DNA of 51,145 bases, taken from Candidatus Uhrbacteria bacterium (lineage in GTDB: Bacteria; Patescibacteriota; Patescibacteriia; UBA9934; GWF2-40-263). The notes beneath the pieces were generated by a model. It was not told the origin of the DNA. It saw only the letters and a list, made by a program, of their open reading frames with translations, and made no database searches. Shown here one piece after another: positions 15,655 to 24,770 of this stretch. Position 1 is the first letter of the stretch. The number at the start of each line of letters is the position of its first letter. Made by a program: the position numbers and the translations under genes. The stretch covers positions 1 to 51,145 of the forward strand of contig JACPHX010000012.1 in NCBI GenBank assembly GCA_016188425.1, given 5' to 3'.

Positions 15655-17480
15655 AAGGTCGGCCAGCGTTTCTGGCCGGATTGATGAATTTGATATTCCT
15701 CCATGAGCCGTTGCACCTGCGCCTGGTCGCCGGCCGCTTCAGCGCGGCGCAGCTCGGAGGCGAGGTCCGCCATGCGCCGGCTGACCGCGGAAACGGAAAG
15801 CAAACGCAGGGCTTCTGCCAATTGTTCCGACACAGATGGATCGGCGTGTTCGCGAAGTTGTTCTCCAAACATGATATGGGCATCCAGCGAGCGTAAACGC
15901 TTGGGATGCTCTTGGATGGAGAGGGTCTGGCGGAGCCGATCGACAAATGATTGTTGGGTCGGATGTCGATCGCTATAATAAGCGGATTTCAGGGAAGTGT
16001 AAAGGTCGAACCCCGTAAGGCCAGCGATCCCTGCCTCATCGAGCCCCGAAAAGATCTCCTCCGCCCGGGCAGTCTCTATCAGCAAAATGCCTAAAATGGT
16101 TTGCAATGCCTTTTCTTCTTTAGATAACTTGGCTGGGACTGGCTGTGATACTGGCTGTGGCCAAGGGGCATGCTCCTTGGCCACAGTATCTTTTGCTATG
16201 GTTCGAATCCTTCCCATTTCCTCTCGTACTACCCCCATGTCGATCCGCAACAAATCCGCCACCTGTTGCAACCAGTGTTCCCGCTCCACCACATCTTCGA
16301 TGGCAGCCAACTCTGGAAGAAGAAACGCTCCGACCGCCCGTTTGTCATCCACCTTCGTCAAATCTTTCCCACGCGTCGCTTGCTCGATGTAGTACTGCAT
16401 GATCGGCACCGTCTTCTCGATCGTCGCGCGCCACAATGCCGGATCCTTGCGCACCGCATCGTCGGGATCCTTCCCCGCCTCTGGCGCCAAGATGGCGGCA
16501 CGGATATCAAACCCTAGCGCGCGCGCTTCACGGATGCCGCGTTGCGCGGCCTTGAAGCCAGCCGCATCTTGGTCAAAAGAAAAAACGACCGTTGAGGTGT
16601 ACCGCTTGAGAAGAGAAAGCTGGTCCTTTGTGAGCGCCGTCCCAGAACTGCCGACGACTTGTTCGACCCCCGCCTTGTGAGACGCGATCACATCAAGATT
16701 CCCCTCGACGATGACGACGAACCCTGCTTTCTTGATCGCCGTCTTAGCCAAATCCAATCCATACATGATCGACCCTTTGTGGTAAATCGGCGTTTCGGGC
16801 GAGTTCATGTACTTGGGTTGATCTTCCGAGTCGATGACGCGCCCCGTGAACCCGACGACCGCCCCGTGATGGTCGCGAAGGGGGACCATCAGGCGTTTGC
16901 GAAAACGATCAATACTCCCAGATCCGCTCTTTCGAGGAAGGAGGAGTCCGGCCTTTTGTCCTTCCGTCCCTCCATACCCGCGCCGCAGAAAAAATTGTGC
17001 GAGATGATCCCATCCGTCTGGCGCAAATCCAAGACCAAACTTCTCGGCGAGCGCGACGGGGATATCACGCGAGGCGAGATAGGTTCTCCCCCTCTCTCCC
17101 GGCGCCGTATCCGTCAGCACCTTCCGATAAAACTTCGCCGCAAGTTCATTGAGCGCCGTCAACCGTTGCTTCTCCTGGCTCCCTTCACTTGTAAAGCGCG
17201 TGATTTCGACACCAGTGCGCACCGCAAGCAGACGAAGCGCCTCGGGAAAATCGATTCCCTCCATCTTCATAACAAAGGCGAAACAGTCCCCTCCTTCATT
17301 GCACCCAAAGCAATGCCAAGTCTGCCGCTCCTCGGAGACATGGAAGGAAGGCGTCTTCTCGCCATGGAAGGGACACAGCCCCTTCTTCCCGCTCCCGCCG
17401 GCAGGCTTCAGAGGAACATATTCGCCGATAAGCTCCGCGATATTGAGCCGGCGTTTGATTTCATCTTTGGGTTCGAGCAT
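15651..17480 (-). CDS. dnaG: DNA primase
   Basis: Zinc ribbon [25 protein letters not shown], Toprim [16 protein letters not shown] and [11 protein letters not shown]. Classic dnaG-rpoD arrangement. Confidence 0.95.
   Translation of the reverse strand: MLEPKDEIKRRLNIAELIGEYVPLKPAGGSGKKGLCPFHGEKTPSFHVSEERQTWHCFGCNEGGDCFAFVMKMEGIDFPEALRLLAVRTGVEITRFTSEGSQEKQRLTALNELAAKFYRKVLTDTAPGERGRTYLASRDIPVALAEKFGLGFAPDGWDHLAQFFLRRGYGGTEGQKAGLLLPRKSGSGSIDRFRKRLMVPLRDHHGAVVGFTGRVIDSEDQPKYMNSPETPIYHKGSIMYGLDLAKTAIKKAGFVVIVEGNLDVIASHKAGVEQVVGSSGTALTKDQLSLLKRYTSTVVFSFDQDAAGFKAAQRGIREARALGFDIRAAILAPEAGKDPDDAVRKDPALWRATIEKTVPIMQYYIEQATRGKDLTKVDDKRAVGAFLLPELAAIEDVVEREHWLQQVADLLRIDMGVVREEMGRIRTIAKDTVAKEHAPWPQPVSQPVPAKLSKEEKALQTILGILLIETARAEEIFSGLDEAGIAGLTGFDLYTSLKSAYYSDRHPTQQSFVDRLRQTLSIQEHPKRLRSLDAHIMFGEQLREHADPSVSEQLAEALRLLSVSAVSRRMADLASELRRAEAAGDQAQVQRLMEEYQIHQSGQKRWPTL
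16147..16190. repeat. GGCCA-GCATGC-TGGCC palindromic element inserted in frame in dnaG (encodes [15 protein letters not shown])
   Basis: GATACTGgctGTGGCCAAGGGGCATGCTCCTTGGCCACAGTATC shares the core and the ATACTG/CAGTAT flanks with 25411-25452. One arm carries an extra 3 nt, so the reading frame is preserved. Confidence 0.8.
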
Positions 17481-17519
17481 ATCACTGGTGACTTTATACT
17501 AAATGGGGAAACAGAAAAA

Positions 17520-17651
17520 GCGGACACGCTTTTGGTTGAGAACGGCCAGGTTTCTTCCACAGGCACGCATCGTGAATTACTCAAGGAAAAAGGCACGTAT
17601 TCCACGCTTTGGAACATCCAAGCGGAAGGATTCCGCCCCGGACGAGGTTGA
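17520..17651 (+). pseudogene. Relic of the C-terminus of an ABC-transporter ATPase
   Basis: Translates to ADTLLVENGQVSSTGTHRELLKEKGTYSTLWNIQAEGF*, which resembles the ABC exporter tail (AD.i.vl..G.i.e.GtH.eLl...G.Y..Lw..Q). No upstream Walker or signature region; the frame runs straight into dnaG antisense sequence. Confidence 0.5.
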
Positions 17652-17676
17652 CAAAAACACGGTTTTCTGCTATTCT
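17648..17676 (+). promoter_or_regulatory. Promoter TTGACA-N17-TATTCT for the RRM-protein gene
   Basis: TTGACA at 17648-17653, TATTCT at 17671-17676. The TTTTCTGCTATTCTAC block matches 37778-37793 exactly. It gives a 5' UTR of about 160 nt that contains GCAAGAAC...GTTCTTGC abutting the ATG. Confidence 0.55.
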
Positions 17677-17840
17677 ACTCATGACCTTTCTTGTTCCGCG
17701 CTTCCCAGTTAGACTCACGGCTGGCAAGTGGCACCCCACCCTTCGCTCTCAAAACAGAGCTTCGGGGGGCACGTGACGTGTTATACACGGTTCCACAGCA
17801 AGAACTGGTTCCTAATCATTACGTGAGTTACGTTCTTGCT

Positions 17841-18095
17841 ATGATGAACAAATTGTTCGTCGGGAATCTCTCGTGGTCCGCCACGGACGATGACCTCCGC
17901 CAGCTTTTTATGCCGTTTGGTAACGTCGTGTCCGCACGCGTTATCACCGACAAGATGACCGGCCGCTCCCGCGGTTTCGGCTTCGTCGAAATGGGTTCTG
18001 ATGCAGAAGCACAGGCCGCCTTGGACGCCTTGAACAACAAGGATTTCATGGGCCGCCCCGTTGGCGTCTCCATCGCCCGCCCGAAAGAGGAATAA
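17841..18095 (+). CDS. RRM-type RNA-binding protein
   Basis: RNP2 KLFVGNL and RNP1 RGFGFVEM. 84 aa; track ORF 17691..18095 trimmed to the ATG at 17841. Confidence 0.9.
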   Translation: MMNKLFVGNLSWSATDDDLRQLFMPFGNVVSARVITDKMTGRSRGFGFVEMGSDAEAQAALDALNNKDFMGRPVGVSIARPKEE

Positions 18096-18110
18096 AATCT
18101 TCGATCACGG

Positions 18111-18150
18111 AAACACCCCGAGAGAAATCGAGGGGTGTTTTTGTTTTTTG
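18111..18150 (+). terminator. Intrinsic terminator
   Basis: AAACACCCC...GGGGTGTTTTTGTTTTTT immediately after the RRM gene stop. Confidence 0.6.
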
Positions 18151-18249
18151 CCCTTGCACAATGTGACCGAACGAATTATCCTTCCTTCACATTTCTGCTA
18201 TCCGCTTTTCCCCTTTGGACGCTTGTTATCAGGTGCTTGGTACTTTTAC

Positions 18250-18337
18250 GGTGGGATGGCCGAGCGGTCTATGGCGCACGCTTGGAAAGCGTGTATACCG
18301 AAAGGTATCTAGGGTTCGAATCCCTATCCCACCGCCA
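18250..18337 (+). tRNA. tRNA-Ser (anticodon GGA), CCA encoded
   Basis: Hand-folded. Acceptor GGTGGGA/TCCCACC, anticodon arm CACGC-TTGGAAA-GCGTG, long variable arm, T arm TAGGG-TTCGAAT-CCCTA, discriminator G, CCA. Confidence 0.9.
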
Positions 18338-18366
18338 AAAAATACTCCGAAAACGGAGTATTTTTT
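18338..18366 (+). terminator. Intrinsic terminator after tRNA-Ser
   Basis: TACTCCG-aaaa-CGGAGTA followed by TTTTTT. Confidence 0.7.
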
Positions 18367-18417
18367 GTTGTACGCCCTCCTTGACCGACTCCTCGTTTTC
18401 TGGAAGAATACCGGCGC

Positions 18418-18762
18418 ATGAAGCTCACGGCAGGCCTTTGGGGAGCATTCACGCTCCTGGTGTTCGGGTTCATTGGCGGCACGATGGCCGCCAGCACCCA
18501 CGCCCTTACGTCACTTCTGGTTACCATCAGCCGCTCGGGCTGGACGATCGTGGCGCTCATGGCCGCCACGTCGTTTATCGGTCTCATGAGCTTGAGCATA
18601 GCGCTCTGGCTTCTGGAGCGGTTCTGGATCCGCATCAACACCGGCTTCTCGGAAACCGGAGGAAATGGGGGCGAAGAGCTCGAACCAGATGGAGACGAAA
18701 CGGATATGGGGCAGTACCCGACTCCGGAACTCGTCGACGCTCCGGCACAACTCTGGAACTAG
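18418..18762 (+). CDS. Hypothetical small membrane protein
   Basis: 114 aa with three hydrophobic helices and an acidic tail (GGNGGEELEPDGDETD). Confidence 0.5.
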   Translation: MKLTAGLWGAFTLLVFGFIGGTMAASTHALTSLLVTISRSGWTIVALMAATSFIGLMSLSIALWLLERFWIRINTGFSETGGNGGEELEPDGDETDMGQYPTPELVDAPAQLWN

Positions 18763-18835
18763 GCACACAGACTCGAGCCACCACGGCGCTCGGGTCTTCT
18801 TTTTTATCCACCACATAAAGTAACCAGCCCGGCGA

Positions 18836-21800
18836 TCACTCTGCCTGGTACACGATCATCTCTGTAAGACTCGTGAATCCTGCCTTGGCACCCAGGAGCG
18901 CAATCTCATTGAGATTCTTCATGAGGAGCGTGATGTGCAGTGGGATCTTCACGCCCGCGAGGCGAATTTCAACCAACGCACCTTGCGCTCGCTTCCAATC
19001 TTGGGTCGCCAGGAGTTCCACCAAGCGACTCACTTGGGAATCAACCGTTAGCTTCGCTGTGGGTGCAATGGAACCCGTCGTCTCAAAATAGGAGAGTAGA
19101 CTTTGCCTCTTTTTCTCTGGGTCATCAACGGGGCTCACCAGCGAAAAGAGCAATGCTTTCTCTTGGTCGTTAATCTGCAACAGGAACCCGCGATCGTAGA
19201 CGGCGATGCGGTCGTCGTCCATCACCGCAAAATTCCCGCGATGGACATCCGAGAGCGCCTCGCCGTCGGCAATCTGCTGCACGTACCACTTGGCGAGCGT
19301 GCTGGCGACGTCTTTCATATCGTGTCCGGCCTGCACAAGTTCGTCGAAATGCGTCAGGTTGGTTCCCACGAGTTCTTCTTCTACGGTGAAATACGGATTT
19401 TCGGGCGGACGCGAGCGCGGGATGGCAATTTTGTACCGAGATCCTTCCGCGTGAAACCCTTGCGAACGTTCGCGGAAGGCGGCGTCCCGATCAACGAATC
19501 CTTCAAAAGCCAAGTCGGCTTTGATCCATTCCACGATGTCCTCTACGGCGAGCGCAGACGCCCGGTATCCCCCACCGAACTGTTTAGACAAATCTCCTGC
19601 CATCATCCGACAAAATTCCGCCGTCTTTTCCAAGTGGTATTTGGCGTTTGGATTGCGCACCCGCGCGACCGATGTCTGCCCGCCGTCTTTGGGATGGAGA
19701 CGGTACACCGTCACGATTGACCCGCCGCCAAGCCGATCTCCCACCGCGTCGAATTCGTCCCACAGCTCCGGCCACTCGCGCTCGAGCAAAGCTATCGCCG
19801 CTGGCTTTGACTGCCCTTTGACCCGATCGAAGACCTCCAGAAAGGCCTCGAGACGATGCTCGGGGACGGAAACGAATTGCGGAAGCAATTGCAAAAAACG
19901 AACGCCCATCGCCCCGAGATGGCTGGCCGAATCCTTGACGAATTCAATCGGCGAATGTCGTGCCGAAGCGGCTTCAGGCAAATACCCTTCCGAGGCCAGC
20001 ACCTTTTTCAACCGATCCTCGGCGGGAAACAATGCCGCCTCTGGAGCGACCCGTTCGTCTTTTTTGGATCGGATCTTCCCAAGTGCTACGTCAACGTACT
20101 GTTTCCGTTTTTTCCCGCTCGTGAGCTTCTGAAAGCCAATCAAATCTTCCTCGACCTCATAGAGATCCTCCAAAGGAACCTGCTGATCCGAGGAAGGAGG
20201 GATGCAGATTTTATCCGCGAGCGTACTTTGAAACGCAAAATACAGAAGCTCGGTGTCCTTCGCATTCCCCAAAGCCGATTTTATTTGTTGCAATACCTTG
20301 GTGACATCCTGTTCGCTTGGTTCAGGTGAAATCCACGTATTGAAAAGAAGGGAAAGGAACTCTTCCCGCTTTTTCTTTTCCCGCAATACCCCTCCTTCTG
20401 AAATGAGCATCTTCCTCAAAATGACCTGTTTGGCGAACGCATCGGCCATGAACGTATTGCGCGTCGCCTCCTCGGTGGCGCGAATAGCGTCGCTGATGGG
20501 ATCCTCTTTTTTTGCGATCTGTCTGAACAGTTCGTAATAGAAAGTCTTAAGCTGGCGGTCGGTGCCAACCGCTCCCCGAGAACGGGCATCGACTTTCAGG
20601 AGCGCGGACAGCAGCGTATTCACATCGCGATGCCGCAAGTCAATATCAAGAAGCACTGCCACACCCGCGCGCGCATCCCCCTCGGAGGTAAGGTCATCGA
20701 TCGCCTGCCCCATCGCCTCCTTGACCGAGTGGAATTCTTCCTTTGTCCGGATACTTTCTTCCAAAAACTGTTCCCGCAACGATGGATCCCGCACCCCCGC
20801 CTGATCCCGGGTTGGGAAGATAAGATCCTGCTTCTGCTGGAAGGTGAACTGATCCCAGTGAGTCGAGATGCCGCGGTGTTCGAAGGATGCGCGGAGAAAC
20901 GGATTGGAAATGAAACGACTGAGCCGCACGATATCGGCCGGTGGATACTGATCGATAGAACCATCCTCCACCGCCTGTGCGATCTTCTCAACAAAACTTC
21001 CCCCGAGCTGGGAATATCTCGCTAAAAGATCACCCGCTTTTATGCCAAGGGCATCCAACCGCTGCACTTCGCGCAGCACCTCTGGGAGCAGAAGCGGTTT
21101 GAGGTATTCCGTCAGCACCCACGTAAACGTGTACTGGTCTGTCCGCCAGGCAGAAATTTCGACCATCGTTTCATCTTGGTTCCATGCTAGCAGATACCGA
21201 GCCAGAAGAGGAATCTCCTCTGAAGAAGGCGGCGGCTGGAATAAGGTCCGCACGTTCGGAGTCTGCTCCCTGAATTTCTCTATCTCCTTCTCGCTTTCAG
21301 CCGAAAGAGAAATTTTCGCCTCACTAACCGCATTTGTGAACAATTCATCTGCTTCACGAAACAAAATGAGTTGTTTCTCCCGCGTTGTTTTTCCCACCAG
21401 TGCTGGATGAAGCGTAAGCAGGGCATCCGCACACGCATATTCGAACATCGCAAGCCGCTTCTGCAATTCCCCCATACTCCAATTTTTTTGCACTTCCTCC
21501 GCCACGATGCTCACGTTGTTCATCCTTGATACATCTCCGAGCAAATCCGACATCGATCCGGCATAATTCAACCGCAAGGAAGCGATGCGGCTCGACATTC
21601 GCTTAACCAGTGATCCCAACTGCGCCGGTATTGCCTCTGGAAACTGCCGGCTCACTTCCTGTGCCAACCGGAGGGCACCCGGGGTATGGTCACGCGTATC
21701 TACCGAGAGCACCGCCGTTTGTTCGGCCTCATTGGCCACCCACGTTTCCATCAGGGGTGTCAGCGCGCCTGTTTCGCCCTCCCCCTCTTTTTGTTCCCCC

Positions 21801-23308
21801 CATTGTTCCTGCGCGAACACGGCTAATTCCTTATTCTTCACCAATCGTTCTTGTTTTTGAAAAACCCGAAGGGTCATGCCGGCAAAATCAGCGGCGACAT
21901 ACGTCTTCCCCTCCCATTTTTTTGCCATCTTGATACAAGCCCGCACCCACACATCCACCGCTTCCTTCATCTGGATCCATCCCTCTGGAGTCCGTTCATC
22001 TCCCAGCAGCTGCCGGTCGGCGGCGTCTGACAATACATCTCTAAAAAGTTGCCCCGTATCCCCAAGCGTATAGGGAAGCGGGAAGTCTTCCATTTGCTCG
22101 AACAATCGAGCCACAGTAAACAGGTCTTCTCGAGAGCTGACCGATGCTTGGTACGCTTCTCGTTCCGCCGGCAGCAGTGCGTTCATTCCATGGAATTCTC
22201 TTGCGAGCACACCAACCCTAGCAAATGCAAACAAGGCAAGGACGCTACGGATACTCTCCTCCTTTGAGGAGGATTGTTGGTTATTCTCCAGAAATTCCTT
22301 GTTAAACCTCTGTGAAAGGAGCGCAAACACTGTTTTGTTCTCCTGCACCACCAGCTTCGCCTTCTCGTTTTTTGGCTCATAACGAGCACGGACGGCGCTC
22401 TCTACCACTCGGTTATACACGCCCCCTAGCGCGAGGGGCAGGAGACGGGATTCAATCGACTCGGCATGCTCCAGTCGTTTCTTCACCTCTTCCTCCCGCC
22501 CCTTAGGATCCTTGGCTGCCGTCTCCGACGACCAAAGCAACGATCGGTGCCCATAGACGGGCAATGCACGGGCTTGGTCGAGCACCTCGGCCGGAATTGG
22601 GTGCATGTCCGCGTCGATGGATTCCAGATCTAACAGATAACTGGCGGTAGAGATATTGAGAGCGCGATCCAGACTCGACCCATGCACCAACCCGCCCCGC
22701 TGTTCCTGTTGATGTCTCTTTTGCAAAAATGCCTTATACCCAAGCGGGTTGATGCCGGCCTTGTTCAAATCCACGAGCACGCCGCGCATGTCGGCTTCAT
22801 ACTCATGCGCCCGCGCCATACCAACGGCTTTCGCCACGGCTTGCGCCATGCTTTTACTCTTATCCACTGATTCACGCTGATCCGTCTGTTTCTTTGCGTG
22901 CCCTCTATACGCATGTACGCGTTCATGCGCGATCACCCCCAAAAGGGCCTCCTCGGTTTCGGCCGCCAACAGCAATCCAGTTCCAAGATAGATGGTCCCG
23001 TCAGGGAGGGCACAGGCATTCACGGCTTTCCATCCAGGATTAAAAACGATCTTGGGCGTCACTCCCTCTACGGGAGGCAAACGCGAGAGTAACCCATTGA
23101 GATATTGCGTGATTGGATGCGACGGCTCTAATTCGCCGTATAAAAACTCTTGGGAATCACGGAATTGCTGGTTCAGCACCTTTTCCCTGCGTTCCTCTTC
23201 CTCTGGCGCGTCTAAAGATTCGATCTTCTCTTCTTTTGGAAGAGGTTCAGGAATCGGCGTTGGTTTGGGGGCCATGGCCTCCCGCGCCTGGCGTGATCGG
23301 TTTTCCAT
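18836..23308 (-). CDS. Giant multidomain protein: N-terminal M48-like zinc metalloprotease, a central region of about 900 aa with no recognised motif, and a C-terminal ABC1/UbiB-like atypical kinase domain
   Basis: HExxH in VIAHERVHAYRG with downstream AHEYEADMRG (M48 pattern). The C-terminus has GGGSIVTVYR, VARVRNP, LSDVHRGNFAV and IAVYDRGF, which resemble ABC1/UbiB motifs. Start is uncertain (ATG at 23308; the track start 23362 and the ATG at 23347 are alternatives). Confidence 0.8.
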   Translation of the reverse strand: MENRSRQAREAMAPKPTPIPEPLPKEEKIESLDAPEEEERREKVLNQQFRDSQEFLYGELEPSHPITQYLNGLLSRLPPVEGVTPKIVFNPGWKAVNACALPDGTIYLGTGLLLAAETEEALLGVIAHERVHAYRGHAKKQTDQRESVDKSKSMAQAVAKAVGMARAHEYEADMRGVLVDLNKAGINPLGYKAFLQKRHQQEQRGGLVHGSSLDRALNISTASYLLDLESIDADMHPIPAEVLDQARALPVYGHRSLLWSSETAAKDPKGREEEVKKRLEHAESIESRLLPLALGGVYNRVVESAVRARYEPKNEKAKLVVQENKTVFALLSQRFNKEFLENNQQSSSKEESIRSVLALFAFARVGVLAREFHGMNALLPAEREAYQASVSSREDLFTVARLFEQMEDFPLPYTLGDTGQLFRDVLSDAADRQLLGDERTPEGWIQMKEAVDVWVRACIKMAKKWEGKTYVAADFAGMTLRVFQKQERLVKNKELAVFAQEQWGEQKEGEGETGALTPLMETWVANEAEQTAVLSVDTRDHTPGALRLAQEVSRQFPEAIPAQLGSLVKRMSSRIASLRLNYAGSMSDLLGDVSRMNNVSIVAEEVQKNWSMGELQKRLAMFEYACADALLTLHPALVGKTTREKQLILFREADELFTNAVSEAKISLSAESEKEIEKFREQTPNVRTLFQPPPSSEEIPLLARYLLAWNQDETMVEISAWRTDQYTFTWVLTEYLKPLLLPEVLREVQRLDALGIKAGDLLARYSQLGGSFVEKIAQAVEDGSIDQYPPADIVRLSRFISNPFLRASFEHRGISTHWDQFTFQQKQDLIFPTRDQAGVRDPSLREQFLEESIRTKEEFHSVKEAMGQAIDDLTSEGDARAGVAVLLDIDLRHRDVNTLLSALLKVDARSRGAVGTDRQLKTFYYELFRQIAKKEDPISDAIRATEEATRNTFMADAFAKQVILRKMLISEGGVLREKKKREEFLSLLFNTWISPEPSEQDVTKVLQQIKSALGNAKDTELLYFAFQSTLADKICIPPSSDQQVPLEDLYEVEEDLIGFQKLTSGKKRKQYVDVALGKIRSKKDERVAPEAALFPAEDRLKKVLASEGYLPEAASARHSPIEFVKDSASHLGAMGVRFLQLLPQFVSVPEHRLEAFLEVFDRVKGQSKPAAIALLEREWPELWDEFDAVGDRLGGGSIVTVYRLHPKDGGQTSVARVRNPNAKYHLEKTAEFCRMMAGDLSKQFGGGYRASALAVEDIVEWIKADLAFEGFVDRDAAFRERSQGFHAEGSRYKIAIPRSRPPENPYFTVEEELVGTNLTHFDELVQAGHDMKDVASTLAKWYVQQIADGEALSDVHRGNFAVMDDDRIAVYDRGFLLQINDQEKALLFSLVSPVDDPEKKRQSLLSYFETTGSIAPTAKLTVDSQVSRLVELLATQDWKRAQGALVEIRLAGVKIPLHITLLMKNLNEIALLGAKAGFTSLTEMIVYQAE

Positions 23309-23432
23309 ATGGGTTCTAGTATATCGGACAGAGGCGCGGCCATCCATCTGATATTCGACCAAGCATCCACTCCCATGTAAACGATCTCACTCTTGCACCC
23401 ATTTCATGATAAACTATGTATGATTTTCCCCC

Positions 23433-24770
23433 ATGCCACGAAAAATGCATCCGCCAAAATCCCCCGGCCGCCGCGGGGGCGCGCGCCGACGGTTCCATCA
23501 GCACGTACATGACGCGTTCATAGCCCATAAAGGCAATGGCCATGTTCCCCACCTTCTGAAGCATGGGGCGTTATTGTCGTATAGCGGGCTTTTGCTCGCC
23601 CTCAAAGTCATTACCGTTATCGCCGCCATCACGTTTCCTTCCGCGAGCGTGTACTCGCTTTCTATTACCAGAGACAACATCATCGACCTTACAAACCAAG
23701 CCCGCGTGAGTATCGGTCTCCCCGCGCTTGTTAAAAATGCCACCTTGGATACGGCCGCGGAAAACAAAGCGTCCGACATGGCCAAAGCCAGCTACTTCGC
23801 CCACACCTCTCCCGATGGAAAAACTCCTTGGACGTTCATCCGCGGCGCCGGATACGACTACCAGGTTGCCGGCGAAAACCTCGCGGTGCACTTCAACACC
23901 GCCGAAGATGTCCAATCCGGCTGGATGGCCAGCCCTGGGCATCGGGCGAATATCGTGAACGAAAAATATCAAGAAATCGGCGTCGGCACCTCGCAAGGGA
24001 CATACGAAGATTTTCCCACAACATTTGTCGTGCAAATGTTCGGAACGCCGAAATCAGAACCCCCTCTCACCCCCCTTTTGAAGGGAGAGGACCAGGAAGT
24101 CGTCCCTGCATCGGATACGGAAGTCGCGCCCCCTGCGCCTCCTGTGCCCCTTGCACCCCCCACCCTTCCCTCCCCCCCGTCACTCTCCACTCCCCCTCCT
24201 CCCTCCTCCCCCGAACCCGCGGCAACCCCCTCAGACTCCCCCTTGGCAGGGGGGGATTCCCAGCTCATAGAGGCAACCGCTACCCTCGCGCCGAAAAAGG
24301 ACACGGTGGACACATACGTCATCTCGGCAGATATTCCTGGGACGGTGAAATCGGCTTCGGCGAAAGTTGGTTTTGAAAATTTTCCATTAAAAAAGGAAGG
24401 TAAAGAGTGGGTCGGAGATGTCCCTGTTTCGCCAGCGACGTTTGGGACAAGCGGATCGCCAGTCACCTTGGTGGTAGAACGCACTAAAGGTCACCAGGAG
24501 GAAACGCCGGTGGCTGAACTTGCTCCCATGGCTCACGCGTCGGATTTCTACGCTTTCACTTCCCCCTCGGCGTCATCGCTCCTCCTGTTTGGTTTTATCC
24601 CGGTCGTTCATCTGGAAGACCATGTAAAGCAAGTCTATCTTTTTACCTTGCTTGGGTTGGGAGCGCTCCTCTTGGGGAACCTCATCATCCAGATGGAGAA
24701 ACGCCACCACACCATCATTGGCCATTCCTTATTCGTCCTGACCCTCGGAGCCCTCCTGTATTTCCTCTGA
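23433..24770 (+). CDS. CAP/SCP/PR1-like domain protein with a Pro-rich linker and a C-terminal membrane anchor
   Basis: LTNQARVSIGLPAL...AAENKASDMAKASYFAHTSPDGKTPW...GENLAV...GWMASPGHRANIV...EIGVG is the CAP-domain pattern. This is followed by PPAPPVPLAPPTLPSPPSLSTPPPPSSP and two terminal hydrophobic helices. Confidence 0.8.
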   Translation: MPRKMHPPKSPGRRGGARRRFHQHVHDAFIAHKGNGHVPHLLKHGALLSYSGLLLALKVITVIAAITFPSASVYSLSITRDNIIDLTNQARVSIGLPALVKNATLDTAAENKASDMAKASYFAHTSPDGKTPWTFIRGAGYDYQVAGENLAVHFNTAEDVQSGWMASPGHRANIVNEKYQEIGVGTSQGTYEDFPTTFVVQMFGTPKSEPPLTPLLKGEDQEVVPASDTEVAPPAPPVPLAPPTLPSPPSLSTPPPPSSPEPAATPSDSPLAGGDSQLIEATATLAPKKDTVDTYVISADIPGTVKSASAKVGFENFPLKKEGKEWVGDVPVSPATFGTSGSPVTLVVERTKGHQEETPVAELAPMAHASDFYAFTSPSASSLLLFGFIPVVHLEDHVKQVYLFTLLGLGALLLGNLIIQMEKRHHTIIGHSLFVLTLGALLYFL

